Origin: Candidatus Nomurabacteria bacterium RIFCSPHIGHO2_01_FULL_41_71
GTDB lineage: Bacteria > Patescibacteriota > Minisyncoccia > Phycocordibacterales > UBA9973
DNA: 64,000 nucleotides
Reading direction: 5' to 3'
NCBI GenBank assembly: GCA_001785355.1
Contig: MFTQ01000004.1
Coordinates: 3,612 to 67,611 of the forward strand
Positions 29,341-38,961 of this stretch are shown here, one piece after another. The notes under the pieces were generated by a model. The model saw only the letters and a list, made by a program, of their open reading frames with translations, did not search any database and had not been told where the DNA came from. The first letter of the stretch is position 1, and every line of letters begins with the position of its first letter. The translations under genes and the position numbers were made by a program.

Positions 29341-30321
29341 ATGTCCAATTTGTATTCCAATTCTATTTTTTGGATCGATACCGATAAGATTAAACCCAAT
29401 CCTTATCAGCCAAGGCGGGATTTCGATGAAACCAGACTGGAAGATTTGGCGACTTCAATCAAGCAATACGGAGTGCTTCAACCGCTTACTGTTTCCCGAA
29501 TGGAAGTGGAGAAAGACGACGGGGGAATAATGGCCGAATATGAACTCATCGCCGGAGAGCGAAGGCTTCGGGCCGCCAAGATTGCCGGAGTCTCCCAGGT
29601 GCCGGTTATTATCCGCACCGGAGATACTTCCATGATGAAACTCGAGCTTGCTATAATAGAAAATCTTCAGAGAGAAGATCTCAATGTGGTAGATCGGGCT
29701 CGGGCTTTTTTCCGTCTGGTAAAAGAATTCAAATTTACTCATAACGAAGTGGCAAAAAAAGTGGGTAAAAGCAGGGAATATGTGACGAACTCCTTGCGTA
29801 TTCTCTCTCTCCCCGAAGAAATACTGGTGGCGCTCTCTCAAGGAAAAATCACCGACGGGCACACCAGACCGTTACTTATGCTCTCGGATCGTTCCGAGGA
29901 GCAGATGGTTCTCTTTAAAGAAATAATATACAAGAAAATCACCGTGCGTGAGGCAGAAAAGCTGGCGCGAAAAATCGCTTATGATCGGGTACGCAAGAAA
30001 GAGTTTATGCCGGACCCCGAGATTATGGAGCTTGAAGAAGAATTTCAAAATAAGCTTGGCACCAGAGTCCACATAGATAGGCGAGAACTCGGTGGACAGA
30101 TAAAAATAGATTTTTTTTCCACTGACGATCTTCGGATGATTCTTGATCTGATCAACAAAAGTGAAGCGGGAAGGAGACCCGATGAACTTTTGGAAGATCA
30201 TATAACCAAAACAGAAATTGAATCGCAAAAAACAGAAATCACGCCGGAAGACGATAGATCAAAAGATGAAATAAAAGCGGACGACGCGAGTCTGTATAAT
30301 ATTTCCAATTTTAGCATCTAG
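29341..30321 (+). CDS. parB: ParB/Spo0J partition protein
   Basis: PNPYQPRR, GVLQPL, IAGERRLRA, IENLQREDL, HTH. Confidence 0.95.
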   Translation: MSNLYSNSIFWIDTDKIKPNPYQPRRDFDETRLEDLATSIKQYGVLQPLTVSRMEVEKDDGGIMAEYELIAGERRLRAAKIAGVSQVPVIIRTGDTSMMKLELAIIENLQREDLNVVDRARAFFRLVKEFKFTHNEVAKKVGKSREYVTNSLRILSLPEEILVALSQGKITDGHTRPLLMLSDRSEEQMVLFKEIIYKKITVREAEKLARKIAYDRVRKKEFMPDPEIMELEEEFQNKLGTRVHIDRRELGGQIKIDFFSTDDLRMILDLINKSEAGRRPDELLEDHITKTEIESQKTEITPEDDRSKDEIKADDASLYNISNFSI

Positions 30322-31787
30322 GAACGCCCGAAAGATTTAAGTCTGGAGAGCAGGCTGTTTTTTTCCAGGTATGATCGGATATGTTTTTTCGCTCCGGCTG
30401 TCTTGACGAATCCAAGCCATTTACTCGAAGGGTGAGCTTCTTTTTTATCTATGATTTCCACAATATTCCCGTTTTTTAATTTTGTAAATATTTGAGACAT
30501 CTTGCCGTTTATTTTCGCTCCAAAAGTATGATCTCCGATATCCGAATGTATGGCGTAGGCGAAGTCTACCGGAGTGGAATCTTCCGGCAAATCTATCACA
30601 TCTCCCTTGGGGGTGAATATAAAGATTCTGTTATTAAAAAAATCCATTTTCAGATATTCGAGGAATTTATGCGGTTCATTGGGATTGTAATTTAGATTTT
30701 TTAGTTCCTCTATCCAAGTAAATCTAGATTTTTCACCGGGATTTTTATTTTTTTTATTTTCTTTATAAACGAAATGCGCCGCGATACCATAAGCCGCCTC
30801 GGCATGCATTTCTTGGGTTCTGATTTGAATTTCAGCGATGCCTCCGGATCCCGTAAACACAGTGGTGTGAATGGATCGATAGCCGTTGGGCTTGGGTACC
30901 GCGATATAATCCTTGATTCTGCCGGGAAGAGGATTCCACAGCGAATGCACCATCCCAAGCACTCGATAGCATTCTTCTATCGTTTCCACTACCACTCGCA
31001 AAGCGACGATATCATGGATTTTCTCCAGATCCATGTTGTATTTCAAAAGCTTCCGATACAAGCTGTATTTATGTTTTACCCGATAATCGATTTCAGTAAA
31101 TTTTATTTTTTGTTTATTTAATTCTTCTCCCAGCTTTCTACGTATTTCCGCAAGATATTTTTCATACAGATCTTTTTTATCTTTAATAATTTCTTCCACT
31201 TCTTTATATTCTTTCGGATATGCATAGGGGAATGCCGCGTCTTCAATTTCACCCTTGAGTTTTCCCATACCGAGGCGATTGGCGAGCGGAGCGTAAACTT
31301 CGATGGATTCCACGGCGATTCGTTTTCTTTTATCTTCTCTGATGTGTTCTAGGGTGCGTAAATTATGCAATCTGTCGGCGAATTTAATAATAACTACCCG
31401 CAGATCGCTTGCCATAGCCATGAAAAATTTTCTTAAACTTTCTACATGTCGTTCTTGCCCTCGATATTTTAAGGTTCCCAATTTGGTAACACCCTTAATA
31501 AGGAACACTATATTTTCTCCGAATTCTAGAAGAAGCTCTTCTTCGGAGATTTGCGTATCTTCCAGGGTATCGTGCAAGAGACCGGCGGCCACGGTAGCCG
31601 TGTCCATACCGAGTTTAGTTAGAATTTTTGCAGTTTCGAGCACATGCGTAAAATATGTGTCTCCGGAGAGCCTTTTCTGCCCTTGGTGAGCCTTGAGAGA
31701 AAAATTATAAGCGCGTTCCAAAAGCGCTCGCTCTTTTTGCGTAATTTTTCCGGTCAAATCCAGAAGTTCCTTGAGCCCCTGTTCCAT
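30318..31787 (-). CDS. RelA/SpoT homolog (HD + synthetase + TGS, no ACT)
   Basis: LHDTLED, ADRLHN, YAPLANRLG, KDYIAVPKPNGYRSIHT, EIQIRT, FTPKGD..DFAYAIH. Confidence 0.94.
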   Translation of the reverse strand: MEQGLKELLDLTGKITQKERALLERAYNFSLKAHQGQKRLSGDTYFTHVLETAKILTKLGMDTATVAAGLLHDTLEDTQISEEELLLEFGENIVFLIKGVTKLGTLKYRGQERHVESLRKFFMAMASDLRVVIIKFADRLHNLRTLEHIREDKRKRIAVESIEVYAPLANRLGMGKLKGEIEDAAFPYAYPKEYKEVEEIIKDKKDLYEKYLAEIRRKLGEELNKQKIKFTEIDYRVKHKYSLYRKLLKYNMDLEKIHDIVALRVVVETIEECYRVLGMVHSLWNPLPGRIKDYIAVPKPNGYRSIHTTVFTGSGGIAEIQIRTQEMHAEAAYGIAAHFVYKENKKNKNPGEKSRFTWIEELKNLNYNPNEPHKFLEYLKMDFFNNRIFIFTPKGDVIDLPEDSTPVDFAYAIHSDIGDHTFGAKINGKMSQIFTKLKNGNIVEIIDKKEAHPSSKWLGFVKTAGAKKHIRSYLEKNSLLSRLKSFGRS

Positions 31788-31902
31788 ACCCCGATTTTAG
31801 CATTTATTGCTCCGAGCTTCAATTTCCCATAGACAAGAAGTAAAAAGTAATGTATAATATATTTGGACAATTTCGTCCCCCAAAGAAGAGGAGGAGGCAG
31901 CC

Positions 31903-32403
31903 ATGAATTTTGAGTATGGCACGACTCGCTTCGTCTTCTGTGTGGGGGGCGTAGCGATGAAAGTCGCCCGGGTAAAAGTAATTTACTGGGCGAAAAGGGT
32001 AATCGAGAAAATATTCGTGGCGCAACATGCCACGAATATTTTAAGAGGGGGAAATCCTCAACCGTTTGCTCGGTTGAGGCATTTGTTCGCCGGCGTAACG
32101 GCGAACCTGGAGGAAGGGCGGATGTATGCCCGCTATCCAGAGCTTCCTCTGGCCCCCACCCTTTTTTCGTTCTTCGGACTTGTGAATATCCAAGTCCGAG
32201 GAACACCGATCGGAAAGGACGAGCTCGTGCTTTGTCCTTTCCGGGACCTTGCTGACATCGAGTCGGCAGGGATTGACCTCAACAAGGCCGAGAATTTTGG
32301 CCGAATTGATGGTCGAATTGTGCTCCTCGATTGCGGGTTCGAGGGGCTCAACAAAATTTTGGCGAGATACGCGGAATCTCGCCAGATTGTTTACGATTTT
32401 TAA
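31903..32403 (+). CDS. Hypothetical protein, GC-rich orphan with kinase-like motifs
   Basis: GGAGG SD; GTTR.V....AMK, DLNKAENFG, VLLDCG. Confidence 0.75.
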   Translation: MNFEYGTTRFVFCVGGVAMKVARVKVIYWAKRVIEKIFVAQHATNILRGGNPQPFARLRHLFAGVTANLEEGRMYARYPELPLAPTLFSFFGLVNIQVRGTPIGKDELVLCPFRDLADIESAGIDLNKAENFGRIDGRIVLLDCGFEGLNKILARYAESRQIVYDF

Positions 32404-32445
32404 ATAGCCAGCAACACCCGAAAGGAGTATGTTCGCTGGCTATTT
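32402..32445. terminator. Hairpin terminator after orphan gene
   Basis: AAATAGCCAGC...GCTGGCTATTT 11-bp stem followed by T-rich tract. Confidence 0.6.
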
Positions 32446-32449
32446 TAAT

Positions 32450-32487
32450 TGTCTACGGAAATCAACATATGTGTTTTTCGGTAGACA
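32450..32487. repeat. Intergenic palindrome family D copy 2
   Basis: TGTCTACGGAAATCAACATATGTGTTTTTCGGTAGACA, related to 4352-4389. Confidence 0.8.
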
Positions 32488-32501
32488 TTACAAAACAAAC
32501 A

Positions 32502-32541
32502 CATGTCGTGAATTTGCGCATATGCGCAAATTCACGACATG
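32502..32541. repeat. Perfect 40-bp palindrome CATGTCGTGAATTTGCGCATATGCGCAAATTCACGACATG
   Basis: No loop, no mismatch; CATATG centre as in family D. Confidence 0.95.
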
Positions 32542-32548
32542 GTGAAAT

Positions 32549-34789
32549 TTACTTCATCTTGTTCAATTTATCCGGACGGAAATTTGGGCAATCTTTTTTA
32601 CTGCATCGCTCGGGGATGGTTTTAGTGCCTTCCATCATGAGAGATCCGCATTCGGGGCAAATTTTACCGGTGGGTTTGGCCTTAATGGCAAACTTGCAAT
32701 TTGGATAGTTGGAACAAGAATAAAAAATTCCAAATCTTCCGCGCCGCTCACTAATATCGCCTTTCTTGCAAAGCGGGCAAACGACACCGGTGCGTTTTTT
32801 TGACTCCTCGGCTTCGTCTTTTTTAATGAATTTACATTTTGGATAGCGCGAACATGAAACAAAAGTGCCGGATCCGTCGCGGCGTTCTTTGATGATCAGT
32901 TTGCCAATTTCAGGTATTTTTTTCCTCCCCGCCTTTGCCGAGACTTCGGCGGACGCAGCGCATTCCGGACATATTTCTCCGGTTTCTTTCGGTCCTTTCA
33001 GTTCTGTGCCGTCGAGCATCAAGGCTCCGTCACAATCGGGATATTTTGAACAAGAATAAAATTTTCCCCCGCGGGAAAGTTTTATAATCATCGAATTCCC
33101 GCATTTTGGGCATTTTATGTTATCCGGCGCCAAACCGAGATTGGTGGCTTTTTCCAATTTTTCCTTGCTTTTTACATCTTTTAAAAAAGGAATATAAAAA
33201 TCTTTTAAGGTTTTTTCATATTCGCGCTCTCCTCTTGAAATTTCGTCCAATTCGTTTTCCATTTCTGCCGTAAAAGTGTCGGAAATATAATTCGCAAAAT
33301 GAGTTTCTAAAAAATCCGAAACTACTTCACCCACATCGGTGGGGAATAATGTTTTATTTTCTTTTCTGACATAATCCCGCTCTTCTATTGTTCTCATGAT
33401 CGAGGCATAGGTGCTGGGTCTGCCGATTCCGCGCTGTTCAAGCTCTTTGACAAGTCCAGCCTCGCTGTATCTCCCCGGGGGTTCGGTAAATTTTTCTTCC
33501 TTATTTAGATTCAACAATTTTAATTTTTCTCCGGAAGCGCATTTTGGAAGCTCCACATCTTCGCCTCCGGCATCTTTGTCCGCTTGAAGCCATCCGGGAA
33601 AGAGAAGACGGGAGCCGATGGCTGAGAAATCCGGCAAATCCTCGTGATTTATGATTTTTGCCGAAATTTTAGTTTTCAATAATTTTGCGTCTGCCATTTG
33701 AGAAGAAACAGCTCTCTCCCAGATGAGGCGATAAAGCCTGCTCTGCTCGTCGGCGCCCACTTGTAGTTTATTTATATGAGTGGGTCGAATGGCTTCATGC
33801 GCTTCTTGGGCGTTCTTTGATTTGGTTTTATAAATTCTCGCTTGCGCGTATTTTTCCCCGTATTCTTTTTTTATAAATGATATGATTTGTTCTCGGGCAG
33901 TTGAAGATAAATTAGTGCTGTCTGTTCTCATGTAAGTAATATGTCCCGCTTCATACAATTTCTGGGCTATCTGCATAGTGCGAGAAGGAGAGAAGCCCAA
34001 GCGCGAGCTTGCCGTCTGCTGGAGAGTAGAAGTAGTGAATGGAGCCCTAGGAGAACGTTTTTGTTCCGATTCTTTTACATCACTGACAATCCAATCTCCG
34101 TTTTCTCCGGCTTTTATAATTTTTTCAACCAATTTTTCGTCTCTTGGTTCTTCGGAACAATTCAGAATAATTCTGTCTTTATGTTCTGTTTCAAAAATTC
34201 CGTGAATTCTCCAAAATTTTTCCGGAATGAAAGCTCTGATTTCGCGCTCGCGTTCCATGATTATCCGCAAAGCCGGAGATTGCACTCGTCCGGCAGAAAG
34301 GCCGTATCTGACTTTTTTCCAGATAAGGCCGGAAAGATCGTATCCCACCAGACGGTCCAGCACTCGTCTAGCTTCCTGGGCTCGACGCAGAGCGGTATTT
34401 ATTTCCCTCGGATGCTTCAGCGCTTCTTCCACGGCTTTTTTGGTAATTTCATTGAAAGCCACTCTTTTTATTGAGGATTTTATTTTTTTGTCTTCTTTAA
34501 GCAATGTCTCGATATGCCAAGCAATGGCTTCTCCTTCACGGTCCGGGTCAGTGGCCAAAATTATCTCACTCGCTTTCTCGGCTAAATTTTTAAGTTCATA
34601 AACCACTTTTTCTTTTCCTTTCGATATTTCATAACGCGGAACGAATCCCGCTTCTATGTCAATGGCTGTTTTGTTGGATTTAGGCAAGTCACGGATGTGT
34701 CCCACCGAAGCGCGCACGGTAAAAGAGCCTTCCAGATATTTTTCTATTGTCCTCGCTTTCGACGGCGACTCGACAACAAGCAATCTCAT
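32549..34789 (-). CDS. topA: DNA topoisomerase I with C-terminal zinc ribbons
   Basis: VESPSKA, ASVGHIRDL, ATDPDREGEAIAWH, SAGRVQ, ITYMRTDS, GIGRPSTY. Confidence 0.98.
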   Translation of the reverse strand: MRLLVVESPSKARTIEKYLEGSFTVRASVGHIRDLPKSNKTAIDIEAGFVPRYEISKGKEKVVYELKNLAEKASEIILATDPDREGEAIAWHIETLLKEDKKIKSSIKRVAFNEITKKAVEEALKHPREINTALRRAQEARRVLDRLVGYDLSGLIWKKVRYGLSAGRVQSPALRIIMEREREIRAFIPEKFWRIHGIFETEHKDRIILNCSEEPRDEKLVEKIIKAGENGDWIVSDVKESEQKRSPRAPFTTSTLQQTASSRLGFSPSRTMQIAQKLYEAGHITYMRTDSTNLSSTAREQIISFIKKEYGEKYAQARIYKTKSKNAQEAHEAIRPTHINKLQVGADEQSRLYRLIWERAVSSQMADAKLLKTKISAKIINHEDLPDFSAIGSRLLFPGWLQADKDAGGEDVELPKCASGEKLKLLNLNKEEKFTEPPGRYSEAGLVKELEQRGIGRPSTYASIMRTIEERDYVRKENKTLFPTDVGEVVSDFLETHFANYISDTFTAEMENELDEISRGEREYEKTLKDFYIPFLKDVKSKEKLEKATNLGLAPDNIKCPKCGNSMIIKLSRGGKFYSCSKYPDCDGALMLDGTELKGPKETGEICPECAASAEVSAKAGRKKIPEIGKLIIKERRDGSGTFVSCSRYPKCKFIKKDEAEESKKRTGVVCPLCKKGDISERRGRFGIFYSCSNYPNCKFAIKAKPTGKICPECGSLMMEGTKTIPERCSKKDCPNFRPDKLNKMK
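32928..32953. repeat. GC-rich hairpin in frame inside a topA zinc ribbon (SAEVSAKAG)
   Basis: Coding strand TCCGCCGAAGTCTCGGCAAAGGCGGG; extra residues after CPEC. Confidence 0.5.
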
Positions 34790-34836
34790 ATTTGCCAAGT
34801 ATTACACGAAATATAATTTTTTTGCAAATTTTTCTT

Positions 34837-35703
34837 TCAAAATGCCGCGCGAATTTCACCGAGCTCTTCTCTTATCAGACCTTTAATCTCCATTATCGAA
34901 AGCAGGGCATTGGCTTCGCCGGTGGGCATTTTCATCATCTGAATTAGTTCATCGCGAGACATCGGCTCCGTCAAAATTTTTAATACCGATTTTTCTTCCG
35001 GACGAGCGTCTTCAAAAAGATTTTGTTGTTTGCTTTTTTTGTCCACTTTAAAACCGAGCGCTTCCAAGATGTCATCGCTTGAAGTTATGGGGATGGCGCC
35101 TTGGCGAATGAGCTTATTAGTGCCTTTGGAAAATTCCGAATTGATATTTCCGGGTACCGCCAGCACGTCTTTATTGTAATCAAGAGCCATGCGCGCGGTG
35201 ATGAGAGTGCCGGATTTTTCCTGTGCTTCTATAATAAGAGCCGCTTTTGAAATTCCTGCCACCAGCCGGTTTCTCATTGGAAATGAATAATATTGCGCCT
35301 TGAAATCCGGCTCAAATTCGGAGAGCAGACATCCGCCCGCCTTGATTATCCTATGCGCTAACCCAAGACTGGTCGGAGGAAAAAACGCTTTTTCCGAGAT
35401 TCCCGAGCCGGGAAAAGCCACGGCGCAGAGTCCGGCGTCGAGCGCGGCTTCATGCGAGAGCGCGTCTATGCCGACTGCGAGACCCGAGACTATAGCTATC
35501 TTGTATCCCTTCAACCCGGAAATCAATTTTTTTACCGCGTCTTTGCCGTAAGTGGTGGCTTTTCTGGAACCGACTACCGCCAGACACACTGTGTCTTGGG
35601 GCGGCAAAGAGCCGGCTATATAAAGTTTTCCGGGCGGCTGGGGTATTTCTCTTAAATTTTCCGGAATATCTCTTCCTCTTAAAATTTTTAAATCAAATTC
35701 CAT
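34837..35703 (-). CDS. dprA: DNA-processing protein DprA/Smf
   Basis: AVVGSR, IVSGLAVGID, FPMRNRLVAG, SGTLITA, PGNI, GTNKLI. Confidence 0.96.
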   Translation of the reverse strand: MEFDLKILRGRDIPENLREIPQPPGKLYIAGSLPPQDTVCLAVVGSRKATTYGKDAVKKLISGLKGYKIAIVSGLAVGIDALSHEAALDAGLCAVAFPGSGISEKAFFPPTSLGLAHRIIKAGGCLLSEFEPDFKAQYYSFPMRNRLVAGISKAALIIEAQEKSGTLITARMALDYNKDVLAVPGNINSEFSKGTNKLIRQGAIPITSSDDILEALGFKVDKKSKQQNLFEDARPEEKSVLKILTEPMSRDELIQMMKMPTGEANALLSIMEIKGLIREELGEIRAAF

Positions 35704-35728
35704 ATTCTCTATTTTTATTTTTAATATT

Positions 35729-35757
35729 TTGCAATTATATCAATACTTCTCTATAAT
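35729..35757 (+). promoter_or_regulatory. Leaderless-type sigma70 promoter of serS
   Basis: TTGCAA-17 nt-TATAAT, 6 nt before ATG, no SD. Confidence 0.7.
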
Positions 35758-35763
35758 GGAAAT

Positions 35764-37032
35764 ATGTTGGACATAAAATTTATTCGGGAGAATGGGGACA
35801 TTGTGCGTTCCGGCGCGCGGAAAAAACACATTGAGATCGACATTGATAGCCTGATTGCGCTTGATGATGAACGGCTGGTAGAACAGAAAGAGATAGAGAA
35901 TCTTCGCGGTGAAATAAATCGAGTGTCAAACGACATTGCTCGAGATCAGGATCCGGCTCTGAAGATTCAGCTTATCGAAGAAATGCGGGTAGTAAAAGAA
36001 GAAATCAAGAAAAAGGAGGAGAAGTTAAAAACGATAATGGAAGAATGGCAGAAGCTGATGCTTCATGTGCCGAATGTGCCGGATATTTCCGTGCCGGAAG
36101 GAGCAAGCGATGCGGAAAATGCGGAAATTCGAGTTTGGGGAGAAAAACCGAAGTTTGATTTCACTCCCAGAAATCACGTTGAGCTTATGCTTATGCATAA
36201 TATGGCGGATTATGAGCGGGGGAGTAAGGTCGCTGGATTTCGAGGATATTTTTTAAAAAATGACGGAGCCAGGCTGGAATGGGCGCTTATGAGGTTTGTG
36301 GAAGAAAAATTTATGGATCGCGAAGGATTTACTCCAATGATTGTGCCTTCCCTGCTTCGGAGGGAGCCGTTTCTTGGCACCGGATATTTGCCTCAAAGTG
36401 AAGATGATTTGTATAAAACTCAAGATGGCGATTATCTTGCCGGTACAGCCGAAGTGGGCACTATGGGATATTTCATGAATGAAATAATAGACAAAAAAAA
36501 TCTTCCCCTTAAATTTTTTGCTTTTTCTCCATGTTTTCGCCGAGAAGCGGGCAGTCACGGCAAGGACACGAAGGGAATTTTTAGAATTCATGAATTTGTA
36601 AAATATGAACAGGTGATCTTGTGCGAAGCGTCTCATGAAGAATCGGTGCGTTTTCACGAAGAACTCACCTTAAATTCAGAAGCTCTGCTTCAAGAACTCG
36701 GTCTTCCTTATCATGTGGTGGTAAATTGCGGGGGAGACTTAGGGCTTGGCCAGGTAAAAAAATATGACATTGAAGTTTGGATGCCGAGCGAAGAGCGATA
36801 CAGAGAAACCCACTCCTCTTCTTATTTTCATGATTTTCAGACTAGAAGACTTGGCATAAGATATAAGGATGAAAACGGTAAAATGCAATTTGTTCATTCG
36901 CTCAACAATACGGCGCTTGCTATGCCTCGTTTGATTTGCCAAATAATCGAAAACTACCAGCAAGCCGACGGTTCGATAAAAATTCCGGAAGTTCTGCGCA
37001 AATATATGGGAGACAGGGAATTAATAAAGTAA
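35764..37032 (+). CDS. serS: Serine--tRNA ligase
   Basis: MLDIKFIR, GTAE, CFRREAGSHGKDTKGIFRIHEF, HSLNNT. Confidence 0.98.
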   Translation: MLDIKFIRENGDIVRSGARKKHIEIDIDSLIALDDERLVEQKEIENLRGEINRVSNDIARDQDPALKIQLIEEMRVVKEEIKKKEEKLKTIMEEWQKLMLHVPNVPDISVPEGASDAENAEIRVWGEKPKFDFTPRNHVELMLMHNMADYERGSKVAGFRGYFLKNDGARLEWALMRFVEEKFMDREGFTPMIVPSLLRREPFLGTGYLPQSEDDLYKTQDGDYLAGTAEVGTMGYFMNEIIDKKNLPLKFFAFSPCFRREAGSHGKDTKGIFRIHEFVKYEQVILCEASHEESVRFHEELTLNSEALLQELGLPYHVVVNCGGDLGLGQVKKYDIEVWMPSEERYRETHSSSYFHDFQTRRLGIRYKDENGKMQFVHSLNNTALAMPRLICQIIENYQQADGSIKIPEVLRKYMGDRELIK

Positions 37033-37033
37033 T

Positions 37034-37891
37034 ATGGCGAGAAAAGGCGTTTTAAATTCTTCCCGTCTGCGCGATCTCAAAAAAAAACGACGCATGATTT
37101 TGGGTACAAAGATTGCTCTTGCGGCTTTGGCTTTTTTGGTTTTGCTTTGGATACTTGCTTACGTTGCCAGACTTCCGGCGTTTAATATTTCTGAAATTAA
37201 AATTTCCGGAGAAAAGGCGGTGGATACAGAAAGCATAACGGAAGTAGTTGAAAAAAACTTGAAGACAAAACACCTTTGGATTTTCCCGAAGTCCAATTTT
37301 CTTCTCCTTCCGAAGAATCAAATAAAAAAAGAGCTTATGGTTGAATTTTCCAGACTTGAGAATGTTTCCTTCAATCTTCAGAATTTGCGAACCTTGCTTG
37401 TTTCGGTATCCGAAAGGGAAAACAAATATATCTGGTGCGGCGCGAATATGGAAATCGAGTTTTCTGAAAATTCAGAAAAAGGATGTTTTTTTATGGATGC
37501 GAGCGGATATGTCTTCGATCAAGCCCCGTATTTCTCCGGCGATGTGTATTTCAGATTTTTTGGCGCGCTAAAAGAAAATTATTTTTTTCCGGAAGTCTTC
37601 GGCAAATTTATATCGTTCATAGATGTTCTGCCTCGCTTTGGGTTTGTGCCGGTGTCCCTGTACTCAAAGATCGACGGCGATATAGAGATTCATCTTTCTT
37701 CGGATTCTTCATATTTAAACTCGCCAAAAATAATTTTTAAAAAAAATTCTGACTTGGAGAAAATCTCCGAAAATCTCCAAGCGGCGCTTGATACGGAACC
37801 TCTCCGTACGGAACTCAAAAACAAGTATTCTTTTCTTCAATATATTGATTTAAGATTCGGAAATAAAGTTTATTATAAATTCGATGAATGA
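37034..37891 (+). CDS. FtsQ/DivIB-like cell division protein
   Basis: Basic N-terminus, single TM, POTRA-like region, C-terminal YIDLRFGNKVY. Confidence 0.75.
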   Translation: MARKGVLNSSRLRDLKKKRRMILGTKIALAALAFLVLLWILAYVARLPAFNISEIKISGEKAVDTESITEVVEKNLKTKHLWIFPKSNFLLLPKNQIKKELMVEFSRLENVSFNLQNLRTLLVSVSERENKYIWCGANMEIEFSENSEKGCFFMDASGYVFDQAPYFSGDVYFRFFGALKENYFFPEVFGKFISFIDVLPRFGFVPVSLYSKIDGDIEIHLSSDSSYLNSPKIIFKKNSDLEKISENLQAALDTEPLRTELKNKYSFLQYIDLRFGNKVYYKFDE

Positions 37892-38882
37892 ATTGGGATT
37901 TTGGAAAAAACTTAAAAAACCTGTTTTTTGCCTGGCGCCCATGGCGGATGTCACAGACTGCGCATTTAGGCAGATAATCGCAAAATATGGGAAGCCGGAT
38001 ATCTTTTGGACGGAGTTCGTCTCTGCCGACGGATTATGTTCTCCGGGAAAAGAAAAGATTCTTGTTGATTTAAAATACGAAGAAAACGAGCGTCCAATAG
38101 TGGCGCAAATATTCGGCGGTAAGCCTGAAAACATAAAGAAAGCAGTTTCTTTGTGCCGAAAACTTGGTTTTGACGGAGTGGACATAAATATGGGCTGTCC
38201 GGACCGCTCTGTAGAGAAGCAATACGCCGGGGCGGCCATGATGAAAAATAAAAACCTTGCCCGTGAAGTTATCAAAGCGGCCAAGGAAGGAGCTCGCGGA
38301 TTGCCGATCTCGGTAAAAACCCGCTTGGGATACAATCAGATTGATTTAGAATGGATACGCTTTCTTCTGGAAGAAGATTTAGCGGCGCTTGCCGTTCATC
38401 TACGTACTCGCAAAGAAATGTCCGATGCCCCCGCTCATTGGGAATTTATGAAAAAAATAATTCAAATTCGAGATGAAATGAAGAAGGAGACATTTATCAT
38501 CGGCAATGGCGATGTCGTAGACATAAACGACGCTAAGAAAAAATGTAAAGAAACAGGTTGCGACGGAGTGATGCTAGGTAGGGCGATATTCGGAAATCCA
38601 TGGCTATTTGTAAAATGTCAAAGAGACACTTTGACACCAGACTTGTCAAAGTGTCTCTTTGACAAGTCTATAAAAGAAAAATTAAAAGTGTTGGTGGAAC
38701 ACACGAAACTTTTTGAAAAAATGCTCGGAAAACAAAAAAATTTTGCCATTATGAAGAAACATTATAAAGCTTATGCAAATGGCTTTGACGACGCCAAGGA
38801 ACTTAGAATGAAATTAATGGAAACAGAAAACGCCGGGCAAGTGGAAACTATCGTTAATAATTTTTTTAATAAAATTACCTAA
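37884..38882 (+). CDS. dusB: tRNA-dihydrouridine synthase
   Basis: LAPMADVTD, DINMGCP, VKTRLG, HLRT, GNGDV, GVMLGRAIFGNPW. Confidence 0.92.
   Translation: MNELGFWKKLKKPVFCLAPMADVTDCAFRQIIAKYGKPDIFWTEFVSADGLCSPGKEKILVDLKYEENERPIVAQIFGGKPENIKKAVSLCRKLGFDGVDINMGCPDRSVEKQYAGAAMMKNKNLAREVIKAAKEGARGLPISVKTRLGYNQIDLEWIRFLLEEDLAALAVHLRTRKEMSDAPAHWEFMKKIIQIRDEMKKETFIIGNGDVVDINDAKKKCKETGCDGVMLGRAIFGNPWLFVKCQRDTLTPDLSKCLFDKSIKEKLKVLVEHTKLFEKMLGKQKNFAIMKKHYKAYANGFDDAKELRMKLMETENAGQVETIVNNFFNKIT
38616..38669. repeat. Palindrome family B inverted doublet, in frame in dusB (CQRDTLTPDLSKCLFDKS)
   Basis: TGTCAAAGAGACACTTTGACA + 7 nt + TGTCAAAGTGTCTCTTTGACA, exact reverse complements. Confidence 0.95.
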
Positions 38883-38911
38883 CTCTACCGGTCGAAAAAG
38901 TTAGGTAATTT
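38872..38911. repeat. 13-bp inverted repeat AAATTACCTAACT..AGTTAGGTAATTT containing the dusB stop
   Basis: Perfect arms, 14-nt loop. Confidence 0.75.
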
Positions 38912-38961
38912 AAAAACTTAAACAGTTTTGATAAAACCATATTTTGAGTTAGAATAATACG

